A DNA stretch of 62,906 nucleotides, filler included, from Sanchytrium tribonematis (taxonomy: Eukaryota): the NCBI GenBank assembly GCA_018985235.1. It is 11 parts of 11 records of this genome, joined end to end, with 100 filler letters (N's around TTAATTAATTAA, not from the genome) between each part and the next. Parts side by side here need not be neighbours in the genome. Positions count along the whole stretch, not along the records: positions 1 to 19,640 come from JADGIG010000101.1; 10 more parts are not named here. One strand, 5' to 3'. The notes beneath the pieces are model-generated. The model had not been told where the DNA came from and searched no databases. It saw only the letters and a program-made list of their open reading frames with translations. Each line of letters opens with the position of its first letter. Within the stretch, counting starts at the first letter, position 1. The position numbers and the translations under genes are program-made. Shown here one piece after another: positions 1 to 10,900 of this stretch.

Positions 1-1
1 G

Positions 2-1819
2 GTCAAAAGCTTGAAATTATTTAAAAAAACAATTTTGAAAAGTGAGCAACTTATTGCAGAGAAGAAATTTGAGGAAATATTCGATATGCTAAAATCAGTG
101 GGAGATTTTCCTGACTTCAAACGTCTTGATACAATTCCTCCCAAGATTGACAGGCCAATGCAATTAATGTATGACGAACTTCAACAAAAACTTCTTCAAT
201 ATTTGACCGCAAAAAAGACAGATTCGGTAGCCGAGATGATTGGGCTTCTCCAAGACTATTTTACTATCCATAAGGAGCAACAAGGCACCAGTGTTTTTAT
301 AAAGAGTGTCAAGACATTGTTCGATGATCAGCTACAACAAATTCAGCAACAACAGGTAGACTCAATAGTGACTTTAATTAAGTGCATGGATTCTTTAAAC
401 TATTTAATTATAAAACTTTACCAAGGATTGATTAATGGTATTGGTGAACGAGGATGTAGAGTTGTTTTTGAGAAATTTTATAAATATGCTGATGATTTAA
501 TCCAACAGCTTTACAAGAAATGGATATCTGCAAGAAGTTTTTCAAAGATTTCTGCGGAACTAAAAACTCTCGATCTTAAGAAACGGGAAGACGGAATAGT
601 TTACATAGAAACAAATATAGACTTAAAAGATCTTTCAAAGTTTTGCAATGAAATGGCCAGTGTAATAGAAAGATATAACAAATTAGCTTATTTTGCTAGC
701 TCTAAAAAAATATACGATTTTAAAAAATCGGCTCTTAGTATAAGCATTGATGAGCTATACTCACAATATAAGGTGATTGAAGTTGTGTATGTCCAATCTT
801 GCTTTTCTAAATTTTTCCTCAACTTTGAGATTGAAGATTTACAAACAAATATTGTTGAAGACTCAGTTCATTTGTTGAAAGCATCATACGCTAGAGTTGC
901 TTCTTTGGGAAATTCATTATTTGTTGACGATTTACTATACGGCTTATCAACGATTTCAACGAAACTGCTTCTTGAAAACCTTGTTCATCTTTTCGAGTTT
1001 TTTGTTCAATTCGAAAATAATGAAGAAAATACTAATATCTTGCCCAAAATTCTGTTGAAAGAAATAGACTGTTTTAATGATAAACTAGATGAAATATATA
1101 ACCACGTTATCAGGGTCATTGGAAAATTGTCGGACAAATTCGATAAAGAATTTTGCACTGTGACCGAAAAGTTGTTTGTGAAACGTTTTGACTGGAATTT
1201 TAAGCCTGACGATGTTGATCGTCTTGTTAAAAAGTTTTACAATAGTCAATTGAAGCGTTCGCTAACTTTCAATTGTAAAAAACTATTTAGAGACGTGTTG
1301 AGAATTGCAAACTCTTCTAAATATGTTGTTCCATTAGATATAAATAACACTACCTTAGAGTCACGCCTCATAGGGAACAATCCTGTCATGGAAGTAATTT
1401 TAAAAACAAATTTTGGTGAGTTTCAAGATTTTAAGCGAGACATTTTTTTCAGATTGTTGATGGAGTCCATTGATGTAATTGTGGAAAAATATGTTGAATC
1501 GGTTTTTGAATCCACAATCAATTTGAGAGGAGCTGCGTTTTTGGAAAGGGATGTGCGGTCGCTCCAAAAGGTTTTAGATAATTATTTTCATTCGTCTTGT
1601 ACGGCAGACATTTATTTCCAAAAGCATCATGTATTAAGATCAAAATTTTCGAAACTTTTAGAAATCTCAACCATTGTCAACTCAGAATCAATCGAAGATG
1701 CCAAAGATATGCTTCATGATCCTTCTTATCAATGGTCGCTTTCCTCTCAGGAAATTCGTAAATCTCTTCTCTTGCGTATGGATTTTAAGACTGAGGAAGT
1801 CGCTAAAATAAATATTTAA
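2..1819 (+). CDS. COG4: Conserved oligomeric Golgi complex subunit 4 (5' partial; frame open to window start)
   Basis: C-terminus GAAFLERDVRSL...RSKFSKLLEISTIVN...WSLSSQEIRKSLLLRMDF matches the COG4 C-terminal signature; the TTG at 11 is not a real start. Confidence 0.75.
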   Translation, partial: VKSLKLFKKTILKSEQLIAEKKFEEIFDMLKSVGDFPDFKRLDTIPPKIDRPMQLMYDELQQKLLQYLTAKKTDSVAEMIGLLQDYFTIHKEQQGTSVFIKSVKTLFDDQLQQIQQQQVDSIVTLIKCMDSLNYLIIKLYQGLINGIGERGCRVVFEKFYKYADDLIQQLYKKWISARSFSKISAELKTLDLKKREDGIVYIETNIDLKDLSKFCNEMASVIERYNKLAYFASSKKIYDFKKSALSISIDELYSQYKVIEVVYVQSCFSKFFLNFEIEDLQTNIVEDSVHLLKASYARVASLGNSLFVDDLLYGLSTISTKLLLENLVHLFEFFVQFENNEENTNILPKILLKEIDCFNDKLDEIYNHVIRVIGKLSDKFDKEFCTVTEKLFVKRFDWNFKPDDVDRLVKKFYNSQLKRSLTFNCKKLFRDVLRIANSSKYVVPLDINNTTLESRLIGNNPVMEVILKTNFGEFQDFKRDIFFRLLMESIDVIVEKYVESVFESTINLRGAAFLERDVRSLQKVLDNYFHSSCTADIYFQKHHVLRSKFSKLLEISTIVNSESIEDAKDMLHDPSYQWSLSSQEIRKSLLLRMDFKTEEVAKINI

Positions 1820-1887
1820 GAAGTTCCATGTTTTTCGTTTGGTGATAATAAAAAACCGCAATAAGATAATTTTTCAAACGCACAAGA

Positions 1888-3036
1888 ATGCAAGCGACAC
1901 CCTTTTTATTGGACCATGGCTCGTTTTTCATTAAATCTGGAATAAGTGAACCATCTTTAAACATAAGCTGTATTGGACATTCATCGTTTCCAAGGGTAAT
2001 TCATGGTGAGCAATTCATATCTCAAAATGCATATAAACACAAAGGAATTTTAAGTATTGAGTATCCTACTGACACAGAGAACTATACACAGTTAATGCTC
2101 TTATGGAACTATTTGTATGAGAAACACATTGTCCAAAGTGACCAATTTCCATTGTTTTATACGTTGCCACCACTTTATGCAACAAAACATGTGGATCAAT
2201 TGATGCAGATTTTTATGGAGCAGTATAATCATCCCGCAATTGCCATGATGACTCAGCCTGTATTGTCTCTATACGGTCTTGGGAAGACTAGTGGAATCGT
2301 ATTGGATATTGGGCACACTAAAACTAGCTGTATGGCATTATACCAGGGTCACAAACTTACTAATACTGTCATTCAGACAGATCTTGGTGGTAAAAAAGTA
2401 ACAGAATACTTGCAAATATTATTAAGAAAACAAGGCCACGCATTCACAAGTTCAAGTGAATTTTTGATTGTCAATGACATGAAAAAATCTTGCCATATCG
2501 TAAAAGACGTTTTAAAAGCTACTCGAGAGTATGTTTCTTCAGGGCAGCAAACGTTGTATACTCTTCCTGATGGGCAGATCATTGATATTGGTATGACGTC
2601 ATTCATGGCTCCAGAATTGCTATTCAATCCAAAACTCATGTCCATGACTTGCCCTGGTGTTACCGATCACCTGCTTCACTCTCTTTTGGGCGCAGATGTT
2701 GACATCAGGAGTGAGTTGGCAGAGAATATCGTTGTTTGTGGCGGCAGTTCTTTATTTTCCAATATGGGTGACAAATTACTTCATGATCTTAAACAGAAAT
2801 ACCACAGTCACACGGCTGTGACTGCTCTCGGAACTTCCATAGGACAACAACCGAGTGTACAATCGATAAACCAATCTCCAAATTTATCGCTTAAAATTCA
2901 TTTACCTCCTGAGCGACTTTACAGTTCTTGGGTAGGTGCACAAATAATATCTCAATTAGACACATTCAAGCATTTTTGGGTCACAAAAGAGGAGTATACT
3001 GAAGACCCGTATGTTATCCACAAAAAAATATTTTAA
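1888..3036 (+). CDS. ARP1: Actin-related protein 1 (centractin, dynactin filament), divergent
   Basis: Actin fold; Arp1-type motifs HKGILSIEYP, FTSSSEFLIV, ERLYSSWVG...LDTFKHFWVTKEEY. Confidence 0.8.
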   Translation: MQATPFLLDHGSFFIKSGISEPSLNISCIGHSSFPRVIHGEQFISQNAYKHKGILSIEYPTDTENYTQLMLLWNYLYEKHIVQSDQFPLFYTLPPLYATKHVDQLMQIFMEQYNHPAIAMMTQPVLSLYGLGKTSGIVLDIGHTKTSCMALYQGHKLTNTVIQTDLGGKKVTEYLQILLRKQGHAFTSSSEFLIVNDMKKSCHIVKDVLKATREYVSSGQQTLYTLPDGQIIDIGMTSFMAPELLFNPKLMSMTCPGVTDHLLHSLLGADVDIRSELAENIVVCGGSSLFSNMGDKLLHDLKQKYHSHTAVTALGTSIGQQPSVQSINQSPNLSLKIHLPPERLYSSWVGAQIISQLDTFKHFWVTKEEYTEDPYVIHKKIF

Positions 3037-3040
3037 TAAA

Positions 3041-3277
3041 TCAGTGATGTTTATTGACTTTTTCAAATATGTCACCACAATACCCACAAGTTCCTTTTCC
3101 TTGATCTAAATTTATAAATACTCTAGGATGGGTATTCTTACCATCACAAACAGCCTTTCTAGCTTCCACTTTATATACTGGTTTTTGCAAACTTATGGCT
3201 GAAATGGGATTTGGTTGAGTTTCCAATATCATTTGTTGGAATCTAGCTGATTTAAGTCTTAATATTTTTGAAATCAT
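3041..3277 (-). CDS. NDUFS6: Complex I 13-kDa zinc-finger subunit (zf-CHCC)
   Basis: CDG..HPRVFINLD...CGYCG motif; basic N-terminal presequence-like stretch. Confidence 0.85.
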   Translation of the reverse strand: MISKILRLKSARFQQMILETQPNPISAISLQKPVYKVEARKAVCDGKNTHPRVFINLDQGKGTCGYCGDIFEKVNKHH

Positions 3278-3417
3278 GTTTCTATTTCGCTCCTTTAAAA
3301 ATCAAAATTTAAGTGATTATTTTAAAAGCTCATTTCTCTAGCAACAATCATTATATCACATTATGGTAAATCAATTCGTCAAGAATCAATCTAAACAATT
3401 ATTTTAGAAACATAGGG

Positions 3418-4917
3418 ATGACAAATTCAACCATAACTTCAAGATTAAAAGATATTGAAATAAGACACCAATTAGTTCTCATGCAATTTCCAGAGCTAAT
3501 TGAATTGAATAAGGAGTTTTTAAAGAGACAGCAGGAATATAAGGACAGTTTTAAGCCTAGTTTGAGTCAACCTAGTCCCTTTGTAAATCATGCCAAGTCA
3601 AATGATTCTCCAAAGAAGGATAGAATAGAGGCACGAGTTCAGAGCTCATTGAGGAGCATGTCACCTACCCGATCAGTCTCACCGCATCGTCATATTAACA
3701 AATCGGTTGATGCTCTCTCACCACCTAACAAATTTTACAATGTTAGATTAGCCAATCATCCAATATTTTTACGACGAACTTCTATTAAACCTTCACATTT
3801 TGATAATGTTCCAAGAAAATCCTTGCCAGAACAATCACAATATAGAGGCGAAAAAGTTGTCAAGGTTATTTCTCCGATTAAAAGAAAGACTGCTAATGCT
3901 AATCTTCAAACGATAGAAGAAATCCGGTCTTCCGAGCAAACTGCCTCTGATGGAAAGCAAGAAATTCAAAATTATGATTACAAGAAAGCTGCAAATTTCC
4001 CTATAATTGTTGAAAAGTCAGTCGCAGTAACTCAAACTGAGGATATGAAATATGCCAAGACCGAGATATTGCAAACTTCTCCTCCACAATCGGATACAAG
4101 CTCTGATAAATCAAATCAAACCTTTAAAAATCTAGCTCAAAGACACTTGGTAGACTGGATGGTACAGCAAGCCTTCATAAAAGCTATGGGCAATTCTGAA
4201 GATCCCACAATAAGTCAAATTTCTTCTAGCTTTAGCTCAAGTTCAGATTCTTTATTCGAGAACTATGCTCAAGGTATCTTGAAAAGAGCTTTAAAAGAAA
4301 TCATTGTAGATCAGCTAGGAGTTGTTAAAGCCAATGTGCCCGAGAAAGTAGAAAATGTACTCTCTACTCCTGCAGAAATCGAAAGCTTCACTATGGCATC
4401 AACTGACATTTCACAATACAAAAAATCATCCAGTTCCTCCTCAAAATCTAAGAAAGTGAGTTTTCTAGCCGATGCTAAAACATATGAGAAAGAAACTCTA
4501 AAGACCCCAATGAGTGATATTAGCATTGACCCTGTGCCGAATTCTGTTGGCGACCAATTAGATTCTCCTGCTATTAGCGCGAGGAATCTCGCTTCGATTA
4601 CTGATTTGTCTATGACAGAAACGACTGGAGAAATAATACCTATTGGTTCAGTTGGCGAATATTTAGAACTTCCTTCGTTTTCACAAATGCTAAGTAACGT
4701 AAATATTTCCCTAGATTCTCATGATGAAAATCCTCCAACTTTTTCATCAGCAGATTTAAATTTCACATCAAGTGAGGCAGTATCTGTAGGTCAGATATTG
4801 AACTCTTCATCTCGCGAGTCCGGAGAGAAAAACACATCGAACAGTGAAGGTGAAATTAAGATCGCTCGTAAAAAATTCACATCGCTTCCTTCTTCCTTTG
4901 GATCTGAAAGTTCATAA
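3418..4917 (+). CDS. Ser-rich, largely disordered protein, possible TALPID3/KIAA0586-like centriolar protein
   Basis: 499-aa ORF; segments LVDWMVQQAF and ALKEIIVDQLG plus C-terminal S(V/E)GE repeats; identity tentative. Confidence 0.45.
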   Translation: MTNSTITSRLKDIEIRHQLVLMQFPELIELNKEFLKRQQEYKDSFKPSLSQPSPFVNHAKSNDSPKKDRIEARVQSSLRSMSPTRSVSPHRHINKSVDALSPPNKFYNVRLANHPIFLRRTSIKPSHFDNVPRKSLPEQSQYRGEKVVKVISPIKRKTANANLQTIEEIRSSEQTASDGKQEIQNYDYKKAANFPIIVEKSVAVTQTEDMKYAKTEILQTSPPQSDTSSDKSNQTFKNLAQRHLVDWMVQQAFIKAMGNSEDPTISQISSSFSSSSDSLFENYAQGILKRALKEIIVDQLGVVKANVPEKVENVLSTPAEIESFTMASTDISQYKKSSSSSSKSKKVSFLADAKTYEKETLKTPMSDISIDPVPNSVGDQLDSPAISARNLASITDLSMTETTGEIIPIGSVGEYLELPSFSQMLSNVNISLDSHDENPPTFSSADLNFTSSEAVSVGQILNSSSRESGEKNTSNSEGEIKIARKKFTSLPSSFGSESS

Positions 4918-4944
4918 TAAAACCATATTTATTCCCCTTTATTC

Positions 4945-7179
4945 ATGCTTCGATTTTATTGTCCATCACTCTCCAATATTGATCTACAAGACAACACTGT
5001 CTTTTATGCGACCAAAAAGGGAATATGCTCAATCAATCTGGAAACCTACAAGTCTGAGATCGATTTTTGGGAATTAAACTGCTCAGTAAATCTTGCAGTT
5101 AGAGACAACATTAAGGCTATTTCTTTAAAAAAGTCAGCAATCGTTTTAGAAAATGGTAAGGATAAAAATTTAAGAATCGCCTGCACGAAATTGAAATGGA
5201 ATAATAACGTCTTATCTGGCGTTGGCAGAAATTTTTGGATGTATGACTATGTTAGTGATGCCATGACAACTGTAAGAACATTGAGTCACCAGGCAACTAA
5301 CTTGGCCTTTAATAATGACACGTTAGCAATATCGACTGTCAAAGGTCTTATTATATACGATGTACGTCAAATATCGAAACCAATCTTTGAAACTCATTTA
5401 TTTGGTATTCAGGATATCAGTTGGCAAAAAGATAATCTGATTGTTGGTTCGATAGATAAAATAATTTCACTAGGAAATACATTTGAACAAGAATTTGAAA
5501 TAGCGACAGATTGCTACAAAATAATTGATCATGAAGACTATATCCTAAATGTTCCTTTGTATGATAGATCCTCGATTCAAATATACCAAAAACAAAATTT
5601 CATTAACGAATTTTTTCCCACTGATGACTATATTGTAGACGCTAAATTCGATCCTGAATCAAATAGTGTCATTAGTTTAACAGACAATCAGTATATTGAA
5701 GTCTCAAAAATACCACAAACCATTCAGATGTCTTTAAATACAAACACTACATTAAGGCCTAAACTAGAGCTTGTTGGTTACCCGACTTCTGTTGCAGAGG
5801 AGGTGTTTAATTGTACAAATGCAATCAAAGATATGCATGCAATTCATTTGGATTTTTCATCCAACATATTTCTCTTCGAGGTTACCGCTGGGAATTCGTT
5901 TTTAGTAACAATTAAAATTCGGCTTCCCAAAGGCTATCCAAAAAGTGCGCCAATTCAACCATATGTTGAGAGTTCAAAATTTGGAGACTTACAATCTGAT
6001 CTTTGCTCGATTGGGAAAAGCTTTTATATAAAAGGGAAACGCTGTATGAGAGACCTTTTGGAATATGTCCGACAGTATCCATCCCGAAGACTTACGAATA
6101 AAGAGGAAAATGTGGTTGTCGAGGACAAATTGGAGGAAACAAGAGAATCTGAAAATGTACCATTTCCTTGCTTATGTGGCGTGGCATTTTCTCCGAGAGG
6201 CATGGCTGTATTTTTTAGCCCAATTTATTTGGAAAAGCCAACAGACAAGCCAGGTTCTGCATTTGTATTTCGGATTGGTCTCCAAAATCATCCCCGGTCA
6301 TACGAAATGTATAAGCAATTTAAAACTGTGGCCTTTAAGTACCTCAAGGAAGTTCCTAAATATTTGTCACCTATAGGTGGGAATCCGACCATAAGTATTA
6401 CTTTGATTGACGATATACCAGGACTTTTACCATCGACTCTATTGAGTCGATTAGATTTCAATACAGAAAACTTTGATGATTTCTTGACTCAGAATTCGGA
6501 AATAGTTAAAAGTTTACAGAATCCTATGTCCTACTTTATTTGGATCTCTTTTCAGAGTGCAGCAAAATTAATCGATGCTCACTTTTGTCAAAAGGCTCTT
6601 TTTGGACTATTACAACAAAGCGTCTACAGAATTATTCAGCAGGATGACATTTTACTAGCATCCTTACTCGCTGGAGGTATAAGTTTACTCCGAAAACAAA
6701 TTAAGAGAAAAGTCGATGTCCCTAAAGTTGATAGTTCATTAATTGTTTTCAATATGCTCAATTATATGAAAAGTCTTCCGGTTGCAGAATTTATCGATAT
6801 CCCAGGAAGCAATGGAGTGGACAAACTTTTGCAAATTATAAACCCATTGGTCCAGCGATTTATTCAATTGCTTCAGAAATTTGAGATGCACCGAAAAAAG
6901 ATGGAATTTCTTAAGATTCTGGGAATTAGGTCGGAAGGTATCAATGAAATATCTTCCAACTACTTTTGCTATAACTGTAACAATAAAAGCGAAACCAAGC
7001 GATGTCAGCGGTGTTCCTTTGGCGTATCGACTCTGTGTGTTGTTTGCCAAAATCCAATTGATTCCTTGAGTTATTTCTGCCCACTATGTCATCATGGAGG
7101 CCATATTTTGCATATAATTTCCTGGTTTCGATCAAGACCTACATGCCCAACTGGTTGTGGATGTAGTTGTTTGTTTTAG
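4945..7179 (+). CDS. WDR59: GATOR2/SEACAT subunit WDR59/Sea3 (WD40, RWD, C-terminal zinc ribbon and RING)
   Basis: RWD motif LPKGYPKSAP; VPFPCLCGVAF; terminal CVVC...CPLCHHGGH..H...WF...CPTGCGCSC. Confidence 0.85.
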   Translation: MLRFYCPSLSNIDLQDNTVFYATKKGICSINLETYKSEIDFWELNCSVNLAVRDNIKAISLKKSAIVLENGKDKNLRIACTKLKWNNNVLSGVGRNFWMYDYVSDAMTTVRTLSHQATNLAFNNDTLAISTVKGLIIYDVRQISKPIFETHLFGIQDISWQKDNLIVGSIDKIISLGNTFEQEFEIATDCYKIIDHEDYILNVPLYDRSSIQIYQKQNFINEFFPTDDYIVDAKFDPESNSVISLTDNQYIEVSKIPQTIQMSLNTNTTLRPKLELVGYPTSVAEEVFNCTNAIKDMHAIHLDFSSNIFLFEVTAGNSFLVTIKIRLPKGYPKSAPIQPYVESSKFGDLQSDLCSIGKSFYIKGKRCMRDLLEYVRQYPSRRLTNKEENVVVEDKLEETRESENVPFPCLCGVAFSPRGMAVFFSPIYLEKPTDKPGSAFVFRIGLQNHPRSYEMYKQFKTVAFKYLKEVPKYLSPIGGNPTISITLIDDIPGLLPSTLLSRLDFNTENFDDFLTQNSEIVKSLQNPMSYFIWISFQSAAKLIDAHFCQKALFGLLQQSVYRIIQQDDILLASLLAGGISLLRKQIKRKVDVPKVDSSLIVFNMLNYMKSLPVAEFIDIPGSNGVDKLLQIINPLVQRFIQLLQKFEMHRKKMEFLKILGIRSEGINEISSNYFCYNCNNKSETKRCQRCSFGVSTLCVVCQNPIDSLSYFCPLCHHGGHILHIISWFRSRPTCPTGCGCSCLF

Positions 7180-7184
7180 TAAAT

Positions 7185-7964
7185 TTATTCAGGATTAGAT
7201 TCCAAATTAAGATTTCCAAAAGATTGCTCAACAGACTCATTGTCGTCTGTATCATCAAACTCACCTGAATACCACAAGTAAAGATTAGGAATAATATCAT
7301 CCTTGATTGCGTCAGCAATGTCGATGTCCATTTGTGCTTGCTCTTGAATATCAACTTCGTCAGAATTATTATTTGGGTGAAGTTTGAAATAATGAAAAAA
7401 GGAATCCAGGATGATCTCAGAAACAATGGTTCTAGTTTGATTAGTGTGTTTGTTTCTTTGCTTTTTGGTCACTTTTTTAGTTAAAATATTCTTTTCCCAA
7501 TCTATGGTCGTTGCGAAAACATTTCCAAATTGAACTCCTGGTAAATCGCAAGGTTCTATCTCTGGCAATTCTATGTCCAACTTAGGGTAATCTTCTTCTG
7601 AATCCTCTATATACTGATACTTTTTCACGACTTGATTATTTTTAAAATAAGGATTTGGGTGAAACTTAAAGAACAATTCAAAGCCATCCTCGTTGTACTG
7701 CAATTGGATATCCCATAAATATTGAAATAGCTGTACATCATCTTCTGTCACGTAGTTTCTGAGAACAGGATGATTCGCAAAGCATTCGAACCAAATAGAT
7801 TTAGAGCTCTTTTGTAGAAGATCAGATCGTGCCTTCCATAAAGTTGTCATGGATTTATGAAACTCAATTTCCTTTAAAATCAATTGCTTTTGAAAATTTT
7901 CATAGTGTTTTTGAAAAACAAGATTTAAAGTTTGTAAATCTGTATCAAACTTTTCATCATTCAT
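7185..7964 (-). CDS. NAP1: Nucleosome assembly protein (NAP1/SET family)
   Basis: WFECFANHP, FKFHPNPYFKN, TTIDW, KKQRNK, DSFFHYF, IKDDIIP, acidic tail. Confidence 0.85.
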   Translation of the reverse strand: MNDEKFDTDLQTLNLVFQKHYENFQKQLILKEIEFHKSMTTLWKARSDLLQKSSKSIWFECFANHPVLRNYVTEDDVQLFQYLWDIQLQYNEDGFELFFKFHPNPYFKNNQVVKKYQYIEDSEEDYPKLDIELPEIEPCDLPGVQFGNVFATTIDWEKNILTKKVTKKQRNKHTNQTRTIVSEIILDSFFHYFKLHPNNNSDEVDIQEQAQMDIDIADAIKDDIIPNLYLWYSGEFDDTDDNESVEQSFGNLNLESNPE

Positions 7965-7998
7965 GTTGCAAACACTCCTTAAAAAATGTTAATTGCAT

Positions 7999-10900
7999 TT
8001 ACTGAAGCTGCTTGATTCTATCATGCATTTGCTTCTTTGCCAACATTTTGATCAAAGTCGTCTTTTCCATTGAAAGAAGATCGCTGTCAGTAAGATTTAA
8101 GCCGCATTTCTTGGTTCTTGTCAAAAATATATATTCATCCAAAATTCTTTCATCGCTTGTTCTTAAAAAATCAAATATGGGGTGCTTACCCTCTGTTAAA
8201 TCCATTGACAAAATTAGACCTACTAAAAATCTAGCATTCATGAGCTCTAGAATATCAAAATCTTTCATGGTATTCAGTTTTTCTCTAAGCAGTAATTTCA
8301 AAACAAAGTGAATTGTTTGCAGCTGAAATCTTGTTTTTATTCTCTTAACATTGCTAAACCAATAATTTAGTAATAAATCGGATTGCATAGCTTTAATATC
8401 CAATAAATGTAACTTCTGAAGATAATAATCAGCTTGAATTTGGGCGCACTTTTTTTGAATTTTGGAATATGCTACATCTAGTTTGCCACTTGATTCAAAT
8501 TGCTGGAAAAAATTAAGAAAATATTTAGTGAATTGAAATTTTTCTGGACCCAGTGGCATTGAATCTAACTTGCTGGCCAGGAAAGCAATTGAGAACTCAA
8601 GATTGTCCATGCAATCAATAAGTTGAGTGAATTTTTCGGATTGTTGAGATAAATAGCGCTCGGGCTTTAGCACGTGTACCTGCCATAATAAACCTCTACT
8701 CTTAATGTAGTCGGGATAATTAAATGATGTTAAAATCTTTGAAAATTTCATAAATTTTTGATGTATTTCAATCAACTGGCTGCATTCCTTAAAATCTATG
8801 ACAGAATTTAGACAAGGATCATTTATATTCAGCGATGATACATCAATCATTTTGCTCAGATAAGGATTTTCAATAAAATTTCGTAGAGTTTCTAAATTAC
8901 TTGATAAATTGGTAAATATTAACAAATATTGATCTTTGATCCAATCCTGCATATCAAAACTCGCACAATGTAGTAACTGCAAACACCCCACATAATTAGA
9001 ACAATTAATGTAATGATTGTATAACGACTCGTTAAATGAATACACATTTTTCAAATCAGAAGAAATATTCAATAATTGTGATAAGCGGCTGCTCAAAACA
9101 TAAAATTTTTCTTCTTTAAACAAATTGAATAAATAGGGCATTTCCGCTGTGGCATCCAGACAATCTTGAACCACAAGTCTAATATCTAGTGAGGATTCGT
9201 CATTTAAAGAAATATTAGCTTCAAATTGAGTACAAATTTCAAGTATGTTCATCCAGAAAAGAAGGGACTTGTCGCAATGAACCAGAAACACATTAACGAA
9301 GTAGCTCAAAATTTCGGAAAATGTCCAATCAGGGTCACTTGTCAAAATATGACATAGAAGAAGCTGTGGAATTTCAGGTTTAATATAAGAAAATTGCTTT
9401 GATGTCAACAAGTGATTGATTTTCAAAGATTCGGTGTATATTGGATACTCTGGAGATTGGAATTTTTTGATTTTGTCATCATTTCGAAATTGGAATGCAG
9501 CACTAACTAAATTCATTTGAAAAATTGGATCTAAAAACTCACATTGTTCATAAGCGTCTATAAAGACATTATCATCAATGTCTTCCTCAATTTCGCTCTG
9601 AAGTTGGCTTAAATGTGATAAATTTCTTGGCTCTTGCAACTGCCATTTCTTGACTTCCTCAATAGTCTTTTGGCTAAGGTGAATATTAGAAAAGTCAGGC
9701 AAGTGTAGTAACATATCGTCATACCTTAAAGATTCCATAACAATGTCGTCAATAGTAATTTGTAAGTAAATATCTAAATGATTATTGTCAAAAATGAAAA
9801 TAAATTCGCTAAGTTTCCCATCTTGACAATATCGAATCATAATTAAGCTGAGCAGCTCAAAGATTCCAGATGCTTGTACCTGAAACTTAAATATTTCCAT
9901 AATCTCAATTAAAATTAACATTTCGTCTAAGGAGTGGAAATTATTTTGCTTTGCTATCAATTGTATATACTTGGAGAAGGAGTAGTCTGTTGTGCTTTTT
10001 TCATTGATACTATAATGTTTGAGATCATCAAAATACGATATACGAACAATTTTTAAGAGTTTGACTCTTGAATCAAATGAGAGCGAGTTAATTTTTGCAG
10101 AGACCACATTTAAAACATATTCGTAATCTGAATTTAATAATAAATACTTTAGCAAGCTTTCAGAGTCTGCCAATATATCATGATTGTTAAGTAAAGATTC
10201 GAAGATTGAATTATAAGATATAATATTGTCCAAATCAATAAATGAAGAAGTCTCACTAAGCTGCTTATAAAGCTCTAATAGTTGGATCAATTCCTTAAAA
10301 TAGGAATTATTTTTTAAATATTTTATGAATTGTTTTGGAAATTGTAATTCTACGGGACCATTGTAACACACGTTCGCCAAAAGGCTTTTGATGCATTCGA
10401 TATTAGGGTCAGAATCTTCTAATATTGCAGAGTCTGTTAGTATTGCGGGACTTTCAAGGTTTATCACTTTAATCAATTTTGGAGTTTTCAGCAAGATCAA
10501 CCCATCTGAAATGTCAAATTCTATTACTTCGTCCAACTTTAATTTATCCACAAAATACACGCAGAAATCGTTTGAAAGAAGATTGTACTGTAATTTCATT
10601 AGTTCTATATTCAGACTTCCAGCAACAGAATTGGCATTTTGATTAAAATATTTATAAATCCGATTTTCATAGCTAAAGCAAGATAATTCCTTATCGAACT
10701 GATAAATGGGTATAAGAGATTCTAGATCGTACATTGTTCTGCCTATAACAACAACAAGTTCTGTTGCTGAAACTATTTTCTGATTTTTTAGAGATAAAAT
10801 TCCAGTATTTACACATATTGTGCTTTTGTAAAGTTTAATTTGAAGCCCAACTAGCACCAATAACGTTTTATATATGCCACCGATGACAAATATATGATCT

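Noticed and set aside
3278..3296. Shine-Dalgarno-like AAGGAG upstream of NDUFS6 (also NAP1 and TRR1)
   Set aside because: The genes are clearly eukaryotic and the spacing varies (2-12 nt). At most this is a variant of the purine-rich promoter motif.
5156..5174. 19-nt GT-AG stretch in WDR59
   Set aside because: Lacks the -6 A, and removal would break a continuous ORF.
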